DNA of 58,786 nucleotides from an uncultured Candidatus Saccharibacteria bacterium (GTDB lineage Bacteria; Patescibacteriota; Minisyncoccia; Phycocordibacterales; UBA5272), in the NCBI GenBank assembly GCA_964457775.1, contig CAYWEW010000008.1, positions 1 to 58,786 on the forward strand, written 5' to 3'. The position numbers and the translations under genes were made by a program. Below are positions 26,352-34,391 of the stretch, piece after piece. Every line of letters begins with the position of its first letter. The stretch's first letter is position 1. The notes under the pieces are model-generated. The model had not been told where the DNA came from, ran no database searches, and was given only the letters and a program-made list of their open reading frames with translations.

Positions 26352-26438
26352 CGGATAGGGTGAGATTCGAACTCACGGTCCGATTGCTCAGACGACAGTT
26401 TTCAAGACTGTTGCTTTAGACCACTCAGCCACCTATCC
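26352..26438 (-). tRNA. tRNA-Ser (TGA), long variable arm, no encoded CCA
   Basis: GGATAGG acceptor, anticodon arm ACAGT-CTTGAAA-ACTGT, variable arm CGTCTGAGCAATCGGACC, T-arm GTGAG-TTCGAAT-CTCAC. Confidence 0.9.
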
Positions 26439-26531
26439 CTATAATCTTTCGATTAAGCGTTACTATATCATATTTTTATATTTTTTGAAACATTACATCA
26501 TTATATATATGTATGTTAAAATTAAATTATT

Positions 26532-26939
26532 ATGCGTTTCGTAATTAAATTTTTTGATAGATTAGAGGATCATGTTCGAGGAGGGCTTTCTAGATTTCCT
26601 TTAGTTTATTCACTTATAGGTGGCACTGGTGTAATTCTATTTTGGAGAGGTATTTGGCATACAGCAGATAACTTACAAGTAATGACATCTTGGGGTAAAG
26701 TACTTTTTTCTGGCCCTGGTTCTACTATTTTAGGTCTCCTTATACTGCTCATGACAGGTCTTTTTGTTTCTGTATTTATTGGAGATCAAATAATTATGTC
26801 TGGACTAAAGCATGATAAAAAATTAATTGAAAAATCAGAAGATGAAATAGAGGAAGAGTTAGTAGAATTACAAAAAGAAAAACAAATTCTACAAAAAATA
26901 GAAATTAGTTTGGAGAAAATGCAAGAGGACAAAAACTAA
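26532..26939 (+). CDS. small membrane protein with C-terminal coiled coil (hypothetical)
   Basis: 135 aa. Two TM helices, then a Glu/Lys-rich helix. Confidence 0.45.
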   Translation: MRFVIKFFDRLEDHVRGGLSRFPLVYSLIGGTGVILFWRGIWHTADNLQVMTSWGKVLFSGPGSTILGLLILLMTGLFVSVFIGDQIIMSGLKHDKKLIEKSEDEIEEELVELQKEKQILQKIEISLEKMQEDKN

Positions 26940-26941
26940 AT

Positions 26942-26975
26942 AATAAAAACCATGCACATGTGCATGGTTTTTATT
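26942..26975. terminator. bidirectional intrinsic terminator between convergent genes
   Basis: AATAAAAACCATGCA-CATG-TGCATGGTTTTTATT. Confidence 0.8.
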
Positions 26976-26987
26976 ATTTATTGAATT

Positions 26988-27923
26988 TTATTCCCAACTA
27001 AAACCTCTTCCGAAATGTCCCCAAGTGCATGTGTCTTTATATTTAACTTCATCTAACTTCAAATCCTTTCTTATTCCTTTTGGACTAAGATCGTACCCTG
27101 TAATTTCATTTTCTACTCCGTCGATAATTGCAACTGCCATGACTGGTTCACTCTTTCCGATTGCATATGCAATTTTTGTTTCGACTTCTTTTGCATTATG
27201 TTTCTTTAATAATTCAACTGCAATCTTTCGGGCCACATAAGCACCAGAGCGATCCACTTTTGTATAATCTTTACCTGAAAAAGATCCACCCCCTATTGTA
27301 TGCTCTGGGCCATAATTATCTACTATAAGTTTTCTTCCTGATAATCCAGTGTCAGCGTCGAATCCTCCCAAGTCCCATTCCCCTGCTGGATTAATGAGAT
27401 ACTCTTTTGCTTTAATTATTTTTTGGACGAGTGGGAGTAAATCTACATTCTTTGAATTTTGAAAACTGACCACTACTGTAGTAACTTCATCATTATCAAT
27501 AGTTACCTGCGTCTTGCCGTCATATGGATACACTTCAAAAACTTTTTGACATAGATTACGAGCGAGTTCATATTCAAGTGGAAGAAAAGTTTCTGTTTCA
27601 CTCGTTGCATAACCTTTCATAATTCCCTGATCCCCTGCACCACCTGTATCTACACCTTGTGCTATTTGTGGACTCTGTAATGAGATGTTACTCAACACTT
27701 TAAAATCATTTCCTACAATACTCTGCACCAAATCTTCTACATTTGGTTTTGACAATGATGTTACTTCGCCATTAATAGTAACCAAATTGTGTCCTCCCAT
27801 CACTTCGATTGCACATCGACTGTTCTTATCATTTTCTAAATATGCATCTAATATACTGTCTGCGATATAATCACATATTTTATCTGGGTGCATAGGACTC
27901 ACGAATTCTGCTGTTTTTATCAT
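26988..27923 (-). CDS. metK: S-adenosylmethionine synthetase (short form, 311 aa)
   Basis: SPMHPDKICDYIADSILD, GAGDQGIMKGYA, GGGSFSGKDYTKVDRSGAY. Confidence 0.9.
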   Translation of the reverse strand: MIKTAEFVSPMHPDKICDYIADSILDAYLENDKNSRCAIEVMGGHNLVTINGEVTSLSKPNVEDLVQSIVGNDFKVLSNISLQSPQIAQGVDTGGAGDQGIMKGYATSETETFLPLEYELARNLCQKVFEVYPYDGKTQVTIDNDEVTTVVVSFQNSKNVDLLPLVQKIIKAKEYLINPAGEWDLGGFDADTGLSGRKLIVDNYGPEHTIGGGSFSGKDYTKVDRSGAYVARKIAVELLKKHNAKEVETKIAYAIGKSEPVMAVAIIDGVENEITGYDLSPKGIRKDLKLDEVKYKDTCTWGHFGRGFSWE

Positions 27924-27934
27924 ACGTTTAAAAA

Positions 27935-28100
27935 TTAAAATTCCTCATTCACTTAAGATGAGGAAAGATAGAGATGACTAGTCTTTATCTTTCCATTTAA
28001 TACTTGCGTATTATCTGGCTGGATGTAGCACCTTCTTATTGCTAAGTGGTTGCTGATGGGTCATTGAGCCAGTTGCTCTCGCCACACTCTTGATAAATAA
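27935..28100 (-). promoter_or_regulatory. SAM-I (S-box) riboswitch with terminator, upstream of metK
   Basis: Minus strand reads UUAUCAAGAG-UGUGGCGAGAGCAACUGGCUCAAUGACCCAUCAGCAACC...AAGGUGCUACAUCCAGCCAGAUAA (P1 UUAUC/GAUAA). This is followed by hairpins 27962-27994 and 27941-27965 plus a U-run. Confidence 0.8.
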
Positions 28101-28186
28101 CTATTGCTAGTTATATTTTTATAATACACATAAAATAATAAAAAGTAAATTAATTAGTGAAAGCATTCAGTGTATACTCTTTAGAT

Positions 28187-28747
28187 ATGAAAAAAGTATT
28201 TATGATACATGGACTAGAAGGAACACCAAATGGCGGGTGGCGTCCTTGGCTTATGAGTGAACTACAAAAGATGGACATATATGCTTGTTCCCTATCATTG
28301 CCAAATGAGGCAAATCCGATTTGTGGTGAATGGATAGAAGAAATTAGTCGCCTGGTGGAAAGAAACAATGAAGATGAAATTTATTTAGTCGGCCACAGTC
28401 TTGGTGTTCCGACTATATTACATTACCTAGAACAAAAAACTTTAGGTACAGAAATTGCGGGAGCTGTCTTAGTTTCTGGTCCATCACAAAAAATAAATAT
28501 TGAAAAAATTGAGCACTTCCTCGATAAACCTTTTGATTTTGAAGCTATCACCTTAAAGTGCAGTAAATTCTCTGTTATTCATGGTGATGATGATTCTGTC
28601 GTCCCCCTTTCTGATGCAGCTTTTCTATCAGAAAAATTAAAATGTGATTTGGTAATTGTGCACGGTGGAAAACATTTAAATGGTTCTGCTGGGTTCACTC
28701 AACTTCCAGAATGTCTACAGGAATTACAAACGATGTTTCTAAGCTAA
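28187..28747 (+). CDS. alpha/beta hydrolase, YdeN/RBBP9-like serine hydrolase
   Basis: MIHGLEGTPNGGWRPWL...LVGHSLGVPTILHYLE (GxSxG)...IHGDDD. The ORF track starts at GTG 28157. Confidence 0.7.
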   Translation: MKKVFMIHGLEGTPNGGWRPWLMSELQKMDIYACSLSLPNEANPICGEWIEEISRLVERNNEDEIYLVGHSLGVPTILHYLEQKTLGTEIAGAVLVSGPSQKINIEKIEHFLDKPFDFEAITLKCSKFSVIHGDDDSVVPLSDAAFLSEKLKCDLVIVHGGKHLNGSAGFTQLPECLQELQTMFLS

Positions 28748-28788
28748 ACCTAGCCAAAAGCGTTAAAATAGTGTAGTATCATACAATC

Positions 28789-28860
28789 GCTCTCGTAGTT
28801 CAATGGATAGAATTCAAGTTTGCGGTACTTGCGATGCAGGTTCGATTCCTGCCGAGAGCA
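28789..28860 (+). tRNA. tRNA-Arg (GCG)
   Basis: GCTCTCG acceptor, anticodon arm CAAGT-TTGCGGT-ACTTG, T-arm GCAGG-TTCGATT-CCTGC. 72 nt, no CCA. Confidence 0.85.
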
Positions 28861-29050
28861 CAGAATACAAAAAGACCCCTCTTCTGAGAGGTCTTTTTGT
28901 ATTCTGTGCTCTCGGAGTACGACAACTGCTTGTCGTACGTCAGGAATCGAAAGTCCGGAGTATGTTTTTGTAGCAACAAAAACAACGAGGAGCGGGAGGC
29001 GAGAAATTTTTGTGACGACAAAAATTTACTTGTCGAAGATTCCTGCCGAG
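28861..29050 (+). repeat. tRNA-Arg(GCG)-linked structured module (divergent core)
   Basis: A 30-bp near-perfect palindrome (28852-28881 / 28886-28915) includes the tRNA acceptor 3' strand. Inverted T-arm copy CAGGAATCGAA at 28941-28951. Direct copy ATTCCTGCCGAG 29039-29050 = 28845-28856. Confidence 0.65.
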
Positions 29051-29575
29051 TTAAATAAACTCTCTTATTTTTTTAACAGAACCTTCAACACTATTATTTC
29101 CTACATCTATCTTTATTTCATTATTCATTTCCCCTTCCATAACATAATCGTACAGCATCTTAAATTCATCTTCAGGAACTGAATATTCTCTTTTTAAATT
29201 TCTATCCCACAATATTTCATAATCAGCACACAGAAGAAACGCATGATATTCATAATTATATTTTTCGCACAATTCTAAAATATCTTTCATACTGCCATGA
29301 GGACCAGACTTTACACAAGAAAAAAGACCTTCGGTTACAATAGTGTATGTTCCATTTTTTAAATAATTTTCTAAAATGGAAAGATAGTTCTTATATGCAA
29401 ACTCATGTTCATCTTCTGTAATATCCAAAATCTTTCTGTGTCCTAAATGAAAACCCCATCGGAATTTATCTAACTCAAGATAAGCAAGTCGCCCATCAAT
29501 AGTACTCATAAACTCTTTTGTAATAGTTCCTTTGCCACTTGCTGGTGAGCCACGAAAAATAAATACTTTTTTATT
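29051..29575 (-). CDS. P-loop kinase/ATPase (AAA_33 / zeta-toxin-like fold)
   Basis: MNKKVFIFRGSPASGKGT Walker A. 174 aa from the internal Met. Confidence 0.55.
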   Translation of the reverse strand, partial: NKKVFIFRGSPASGKGTITKEFMSTIDGRLAYLELDKFRWGFHLGHRKILDITEDEHEFAYKNYLSILENYLKNGTYTIVTEGLFSCVKSGPHGSMKDILELCEKYNYEYHAFLLCADYEILWDRNLKREYSVPEDEFKMLYDYVMEGEMNNEIKIDVGNNSVEGSVKKIREFI

Positions 29576-29635
29576 CATTAGATAAGTATACCAAACAAAA
29601 ACCACCTCCCGGTGGTTTTTTGTATTCGCATCGTA

Positions 29636-29902
29636 TTACTTCTCCAACTTCGCCACTGCCTTTGCCAATCTACTCTTCTTTCTATCAGCATTCCCCTTCT
29701 TGATTGTTCCTCTCTTTGCAGCCTTATCAAGCGCCTTGAAAGCAAGTGACAAATCAGTCTTGATTGCCTTCTTATCCTTAGCAATAACGTCCTTACGAAC
29801 AGTTTTTACTGCTTCTTTTAGTGTGCGACGAAGTTTGTCATTAACGACTCTCTTTCTTTCACTTACACGTACCCCTCTTTTTGCATTTTTTGTAATTGCC
29901 AT
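29636..29902 (-). CDS. rpsT: 30S ribosomal protein S20
   Basis: MAITKNAKRGVRVSERKRVVN...LDKAAKRGTIKKGNADRKKSRL. Confidence 0.9.
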   Translation of the reverse strand: MAITKNAKRGVRVSERKRVVNDKLRRTLKEAVKTVRKDVIAKDKKAIKTDLSLAFKALDKAAKRGTIKKGNADRKKSRLAKAVAKLEK

Positions 29903-30049
29903 ATGTTTAATTAAGTAAAATTATACTAACATATAAAAGTAATTTACTCAAGAGTTATACTAATACTTCCCTAAAAATAATTATTATTGACATAAACCCT
30001 TTAACTATATAGTGTATACCTATTGTTCCTTTATATTGAGGTAAAAATC

Positions 30050-30763
30050 ATGGGCATTAATTCTACGAAAAGATTCTTCCCTGTAATTCATTGCATTGAT
30101 CCGTTCGAACAACAAGGCATTGGGCATGCAATCGGTAATACAAAAATTGCGATAAAAAACAAAGCAGATGGAGTATTTCTTATTGGACACTCAATCAACT
30201 TTCGTTCTCTGTGCGATATTTATGAACATGTAAGAAAACAATTCCCTGAAATTTGGATTGGTATCAATTTTCTTGATATCACAGGAATGAATGGTTGGGG
30301 TTCTTTAGGAAGAGTAGCAAACACATGTCGTGGACTTAATGCTCTTTGGATAGACACAACTCCTGAAGAAAGATTTGGGATTAACGGCTTTGGCACTTTT
30401 GATTCAATCGAAATATTTGGTGGTGTTGCTTTCAAATACATTAACCCAGACATTCGTGGTGAAGAACTGAAGAAATCATGCGACCAGGCAGGACAACTGG
30501 TTGACGTTATTACTACAAGTGGAACGAAAACTGGATCTGCGCCGGACGTGGCAAAACTTGAAGAGATAAGAAAAAACATTGGTGACGAAAAACGTCTGGC
30601 TCTTGCCAGTGGAGTTACTTTGAAAAATGTCTCTCTTTTCCTTCCAACAGTGTCTGATTTCTTGGTTGCTTCAAGTATCACTGAAAGAGTGAAGGACTTT
30701 GGCAACCATGAATACCTCGTTCCAGAAAAAGTGCTTGCATTAGCAACACAAATTCATAAATAA
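30050..30763 (+). CDS. hypothetical protein (possibly TIM-barrel, BtpA/SgcQ-like)
   Basis: ATG preceded by GAGG 8 nt upstream. FPVIHC...ADGVFLIGH...alternating beta/alpha pattern. The family assignment is weak. Confidence 0.4.
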   Translation: MGINSTKRFFPVIHCIDPFEQQGIGHAIGNTKIAIKNKADGVFLIGHSINFRSLCDIYEHVRKQFPEIWIGINFLDITGMNGWGSLGRVANTCRGLNALWIDTTPEERFGINGFGTFDSIEIFGGVAFKYINPDIRGEELKKSCDQAGQLVDVITTSGTKTGSAPDVAKLEEIRKNIGDEKRLALASGVTLKNVSLFLPTVSDFLVASSITERVKDFGNHEYLVPEKVLALATQIHK

Positions 30764-30777
30764 ACAATTCTCGAATT

Positions 30778-30816
30778 TCACGTAACCTAAAACACAGGTT
30801 ACGTGATTTTATTTTA
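30778..30816 (+). terminator. intrinsic terminator
   Basis: TCACGTAACC-(9 nt)-GGTTACGTGA followed by TTTTATTTT. Confidence 0.75.
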
Positions 30817-30855
30817 CCCCTAGTCCACAATCCCTAAAACCTATATACTACGCCT

Positions 30856-31416
30856 ATGATTGGATTCCTACGTGGCAAAGCCCTTATTATTAAAGACAAC
30901 ACTCTCATCCTTGATGTGTCTGGTGTTGGGTACAAAATTCTCGCCCCACTCCCTCTTCTTCTTTCTCTTGTGGTTGGTGAAGAAGTTTCTCTGTATATAC
31001 ATACTCATGTGCGTGAAGATCAATTAACACTTTTTGGATTCAAAGATGAGGGTGATCTTTTCTTGTTCGAAAAATTAACATCTGTATCTGGTATTGGCCC
31101 GAAGTCTGCACTTTCTATGCTGTCTATTCACTCCCCTTCTTCAATTGCAGACGCTATAGAACGTAGAGATGTAGAAGCTCTTTCACATACTCCTGGAATT
31201 GGTAAAAGAACTGCAGAAAAAATTATTATAGAACTGCAAGGTAAACTTTCTCACTTGGTTGGCACCAAAGAAACAGATACGACTTACGAGGTTCGTCTTG
31301 CTCTTGAAACTCTAGGTTACTCAGGAAAAGAAATTAGTGAAACAATTAAAAAATTAAACACTGAAGGAAAATCTACAAGCACATTGATTAAGGAGGCTTT
31401 GCATCAATTACAATAA
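30856..31416 (+). CDS. ruvA: Holliday junction DNA helicase subunit RuvA
   Basis: MIGFLRGK...VGYKI...REDQLTLFGF....F..L..VSGIGPKSAL...PGIGKRTAEKII. Confidence 0.9.
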   Translation: MIGFLRGKALIIKDNTLILDVSGVGYKILAPLPLLLSLVVGEEVSLYIHTHVREDQLTLFGFKDEGDLFLFEKLTSVSGIGPKSALSMLSIHSPSSIADAIERRDVEALSHTPGIGKRTAEKIIIELQGKLSHLVGTKETDTTYEVRLALETLGYSGKEISETIKKLNTEGKSTSTLIKEALHQLQ

Positions 31417-31417
31417 T

Positions 31418-32683
31418 ATGGAAAAACTCCTTCGCACAATAGAAAAATTAATCCCAAAAAAGATCTATCACTTCTTTCAACCTTTTTATCATTTTCTCCT
31501 TGCGGTCACTGGCACAATTATCTATCGTAAACCTTCACGACATATCTATGTTATAGGTGTCACTGGCACAAAAGGAAAATCGTCCACCGCAGAATTCATA
31601 AATGCAGTCTTAGAAGAAGCTGGTAAAAAAACTGCGATACTTTCAACAATTAGATTTAAAATTAACACTGACTCTCGACCAAATAAATATAAAATGACAA
31701 TGCCGGGGAGATTCTTCACACAGAAATTTTTGCGTGATGCGGTGGATGCTGGATGTGAATATGCAATTATCGAGATGACATCTGAAGGGGCAAGATTCTT
31801 CCGTCATACGGGAATAGAATTGGATGCTCTTATTTTCACAAATCTCTCCCCTGAACATATTGAGAGTCATGGTTCATTCGCAAAATATAAAGCTTGCAAA
31901 CTTCGTCTTGTGAAAAGATTGGCGGAAAGTAAAAAACCAGTGCGTTTATCGATTGCGAATGTGGATAACGAACACGCTCACTCATTTCTTATTTCTCCTA
32001 TTGAAAAAAATATTGGTTATTCACTTAAGCATGTACACATACTTTCAGAAAACAACACTTCAAGTATTATCGAATACAAAGGACAGAATATCACCATCCC
32101 TCTCCCTGGAAAATTCAATATTTCAAATGCGTTAGCGGCACTGACTCTATCGTCCGAACTTGGTATTTCAATTGATGACGCTAAAAAAGGAATAGGATCT
32201 CTGAACCTTATTCGTGGAAGAGTAGAGAGGGTTGATTGTGGTCAAAATTTTACTGTCATTGTAGATTATGCTCACACTGATGACTCACTTCGAAAACTAT
32301 ACGAAACATTTTCTTCATCACGCAAAATCGCGGTTCTCGGCTCAACAGGAGGAGGGCGCGATACTTGGAAAAGACCTGTGCTCGGCAAAATTGCTGATGA
32401 ATACTGTGATGAAATTATTATTACGAATGAAGACCCATATGATGAGCTTCCAATGAAGATTATTAATGAAGTAGCAAGTGGTGTGACACGACATACTCCT
32501 CATATAATAATCAATAGGCGAGAGGCTATCGCTTATTCAATTACTCTTGCGAGAATTAATGACACTATACTTATAACAGGAAAAGGAACTGATCCTTATA
32601 TTATGGGGCCAAATGGTACAAAAGAAGTGTGGGATGATGCAGAAGTGGTGAGAGAAGAATTGCAAAAGTTTTTAAATAAATAA
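31418..32683 (+). CDS. murE: Mur ligase family protein, MurE-like (no N-terminal domain)
   Basis: VIGVTGTKGKSST (P-loop), TSEG, RGRVERVDCGQNFTVIVDYAHTDDSL, GSTGGGRD. Confidence 0.7.
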   Translation: MEKLLRTIEKLIPKKIYHFFQPFYHFLLAVTGTIIYRKPSRHIYVIGVTGTKGKSSTAEFINAVLEEAGKKTAILSTIRFKINTDSRPNKYKMTMPGRFFTQKFLRDAVDAGCEYAIIEMTSEGARFFRHTGIELDALIFTNLSPEHIESHGSFAKYKACKLRLVKRLAESKKPVRLSIANVDNEHAHSFLISPIEKNIGYSLKHVHILSENNTSSIIEYKGQNITIPLPGKFNISNALAALTLSSELGISIDDAKKGIGSLNLIRGRVERVDCGQNFTVIVDYAHTDDSLRKLYETFSSSRKIAVLGSTGGGRDTWKRPVLGKIADEYCDEIIITNEDPYDELPMKIINEVASGVTRHTPHIIINRREAIAYSITLARINDTILITGKGTDPYIMGPNGTKEVWDDAEVVREELQKFLNK

Positions 32684-32691
32684 CAAAAGAA

Positions 32692-32718
32692 AAACGGCAC
32701 CGATTGGGCGCCGTTTCG
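32692..32718. terminator. terminator hairpin, copy 1 of a repeated AAACGGCACC...GGTGCCGTTT module
   Basis: 32683-32708 is identical to 33494-33519 (ACAAAAGAAAAACGGCACCGATTGGG). Confidence 0.7.
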
Positions 32719-32728
32719 TTCATACTGG

Positions 32729-33439
32729 CTAAAGTTTTACCAGCGGAATATAAAAAACATTATCATGAAAGAAACTGTGCGCACCCACCTCGTCTGCTAG
32801 TTTCACATTACCAGATGTTTTTATTCTTACCCATCCATAATTAGGGAGATACATAACAACAACATCTAGTTTCTGCACAATTAGAACTGAAACCTCTTCG
32901 TCAGTTGCATATCGATATCCTTTTTCTGGCTCTGCCCAAACTGAACAATGCCCTGTTCTTCGACAAACAATTTCCCCTGAACCTTTTTGAACGTTTGAGA
33001 ATATCGGATTAATTGGTTCAAGTCCAATTAATTTACGAATCGAGTCACGCTCCACCCAAGAAAAATCTTTCTCCTCAAAATATTTTGAATTTGCACTCAG
33101 TGTGGTCAACATACCAAAAAAATGATTCCATTCTTTTGTGTTGTTTGTGGGGGCTAAGGAAATTATCTGAAGTGCCTGTGGTAAAGATACTTCATCGTCA
33201 TATGCACAACCAAAATATTCAAGTGCTCTAAGAATTTTACAGGTCTTTTCCATGTCAAAACCATGACTTCTTATTGCTTTGACAAAATCAGAAGCAAGAC
33301 CACTTCTTATAAATCCCTGTATTCCCTTTTTTGACCAAAAACTGAGAGATGCTTCGACAAAAGACAAATCTCTGTAATCTAATTCTTTATGTTTTTTGGG
33401 TTCCATGATGGAAGTCCTTTCGTTTAAAACAACAGACAA
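32729..33439 (-). CDS. hypothetical protein
   Basis: 236-aa ORF (possible start MEPKKHK at 33406). No signal peptide, no recognised motif. Confidence 0.45.
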   Translation of the reverse strand: MSVVLNERTSIMEPKKHKELDYRDLSFVEASLSFWSKKGIQGFIRSGLASDFVKAIRSHGFDMEKTCKILRALEYFGCAYDDEVSLPQALQIISLAPTNNTKEWNHFFGMLTTLSANSKYFEEKDFSWVERDSIRKLIGLEPINPIFSNVQKGSGEIVCRRTGHCSVWAEPEKGYRYATDEEVSVLIVQKLDVVVMYLPNYGWVRIKTSGNVKLADEVGAHSFFHDNVFYIPLVKL

Positions 33440-33501
33440 AGGGTGGTAGAAAACCTAGTCACCCCGTCTAGACACAACACTATCATATTATATACAAAAG
33501 A

Positions 33502-33527
33502 AAAACGGCACCGATTGGGTGCCGTTT
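33502..33527 (-). terminator. terminator hairpin, copy 2
   Basis: AAAACGGCACC-GATT-GGGTGCCGTTTT. Confidence 0.7.
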
Positions 33528-33539
33528 TGGTTAAAAATT

Positions 33540-34229
33540 TTAGACGTCGACTGAATAGCGTGCGATTCTCATCTTGGCAACATAATTCCTTGTTTCTTGT
33601 TTGTCGCCATTAATGAACCCTTTGCCATTTCTTAATGTGCGAAGTGCATAAGTAATACCTCCGTTGTAAGCTGACGCCACATAATCATGGAACAAAACAT
33701 CGTCATTCATAACGCGCGACAATTCATCGGGTCGCAACACTGCCAAAGCACTATCAACGAAAAGTATTGCTACCTTCGCTGCGGTCACAGGATCAATTGC
33801 GGCACTAGTAAAACTATTTCCAATGCCAGCCTTTTTGTAGAGAGGTGATACGTAATCGAAACCTCCCTCTGTAATTTGAAGAACTCCTTTTGCGTTCGCG
33901 TTACTAATCTTTGTGGAAAGGATTCTGAAACCATGCTTCCCGATGTGTTCATACAACCATGAAATTCTTCCAGATGTCATGTCGTACTTGCTCAAATTCT
34001 CTACCACAATCAAGCGGTGGATAATCGAGGAAGGAATAACATCCACAACGAACTTCAATGGATTAACACGTGAAGAAATGCCATTTTTGACCAAATCAAC
34101 CTGTGCCCTAAGAACCACTTCCTTGATAGAAAATTTTCCCATCATTTCTTGTGGTAGTCCTTCTGCAAAAACCGTAACCGGAAAACAAAGAACGAGCAGT
34201 AAAGAGATTCTTAAAATTAAGAACTTCAT
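33540..34229 (-). CDS. secreted hypothetical protein
   Basis: Start moved to MKFLILRISLLLVLCFPVTVFAEG (signal peptide). The longer tracked ORF runs through the next terminator hairpin. ITEGGF...AYNGG faintly recalls lytic transglycosylases. Confidence 0.45.
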   Translation of the reverse strand: MKFLILRISLLLVLCFPVTVFAEGLPQEMMGKFSIKEVVLRAQVDLVKNGISSRVNPLKFVVDVIPSSIIHRLIVVENLSKYDMTSGRISWLYEHIGKHGFRILSTKISNANAKGVLQITEGGFDYVSPLYKKAGIGNSFTSAAIDPVTAAKVAILFVDSALAVLRPDELSRVMNDDVLFHDYVASAYNGGITYALRTLRNGKGFINGDKQETRNYVAKMRIARYSVDV

Positions 34230-34346
34230 ATAATTCCTTTGTGAAAGATCAATAATTTTACAATAACACAATAATAGTGACGAGTCAAACAAGAGTACGG
34301 AGACGCGTTCACGGCATCTAGTTGATGCGAAAGACGACTCATAAAA

Positions 34347-34370
34347 AAACGGCACCCTTTGGTGCCGTTT
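34347..34370 (-). terminator. terminator hairpin, copy 3
   Basis: AAACGGCACC-CTTT-GGTGCCGTTT. Confidence 0.7.
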
Positions 34371-34391
34371 CGTCTTAGACGATTAATTTTC

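Noticed and set aside
19102-29050. tRNA-end duplications as boundaries of a classical prophage or genomic island
   Set aside because: Each direct repeat pair is only 150-250 bp apart and encloses no protein-coding gene. No integrase is present within the window. They may still be scars or miniature elements; see the findings.
28800-29182. ORFs of 73 and 120 aa over tRNA-Arg(GCG) and its module
   Set aside because: They overlap a tRNA gene, a 30-bp palindrome and the 3' end of a convincing kinase gene on the other strand.
30220-30705. 161-aa antisense ORF inside the 30050..30763 gene. Similar long antisense ORFs lie in virB4 (52744..53202), the virB6-like gene (57248..57736), the phosphoketolase gene and others.
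   Set aside because: The sense-strand proteins carry recognisable motifs or sensible topology. The antisense ORFs are low-complexity and typical shadow frames.
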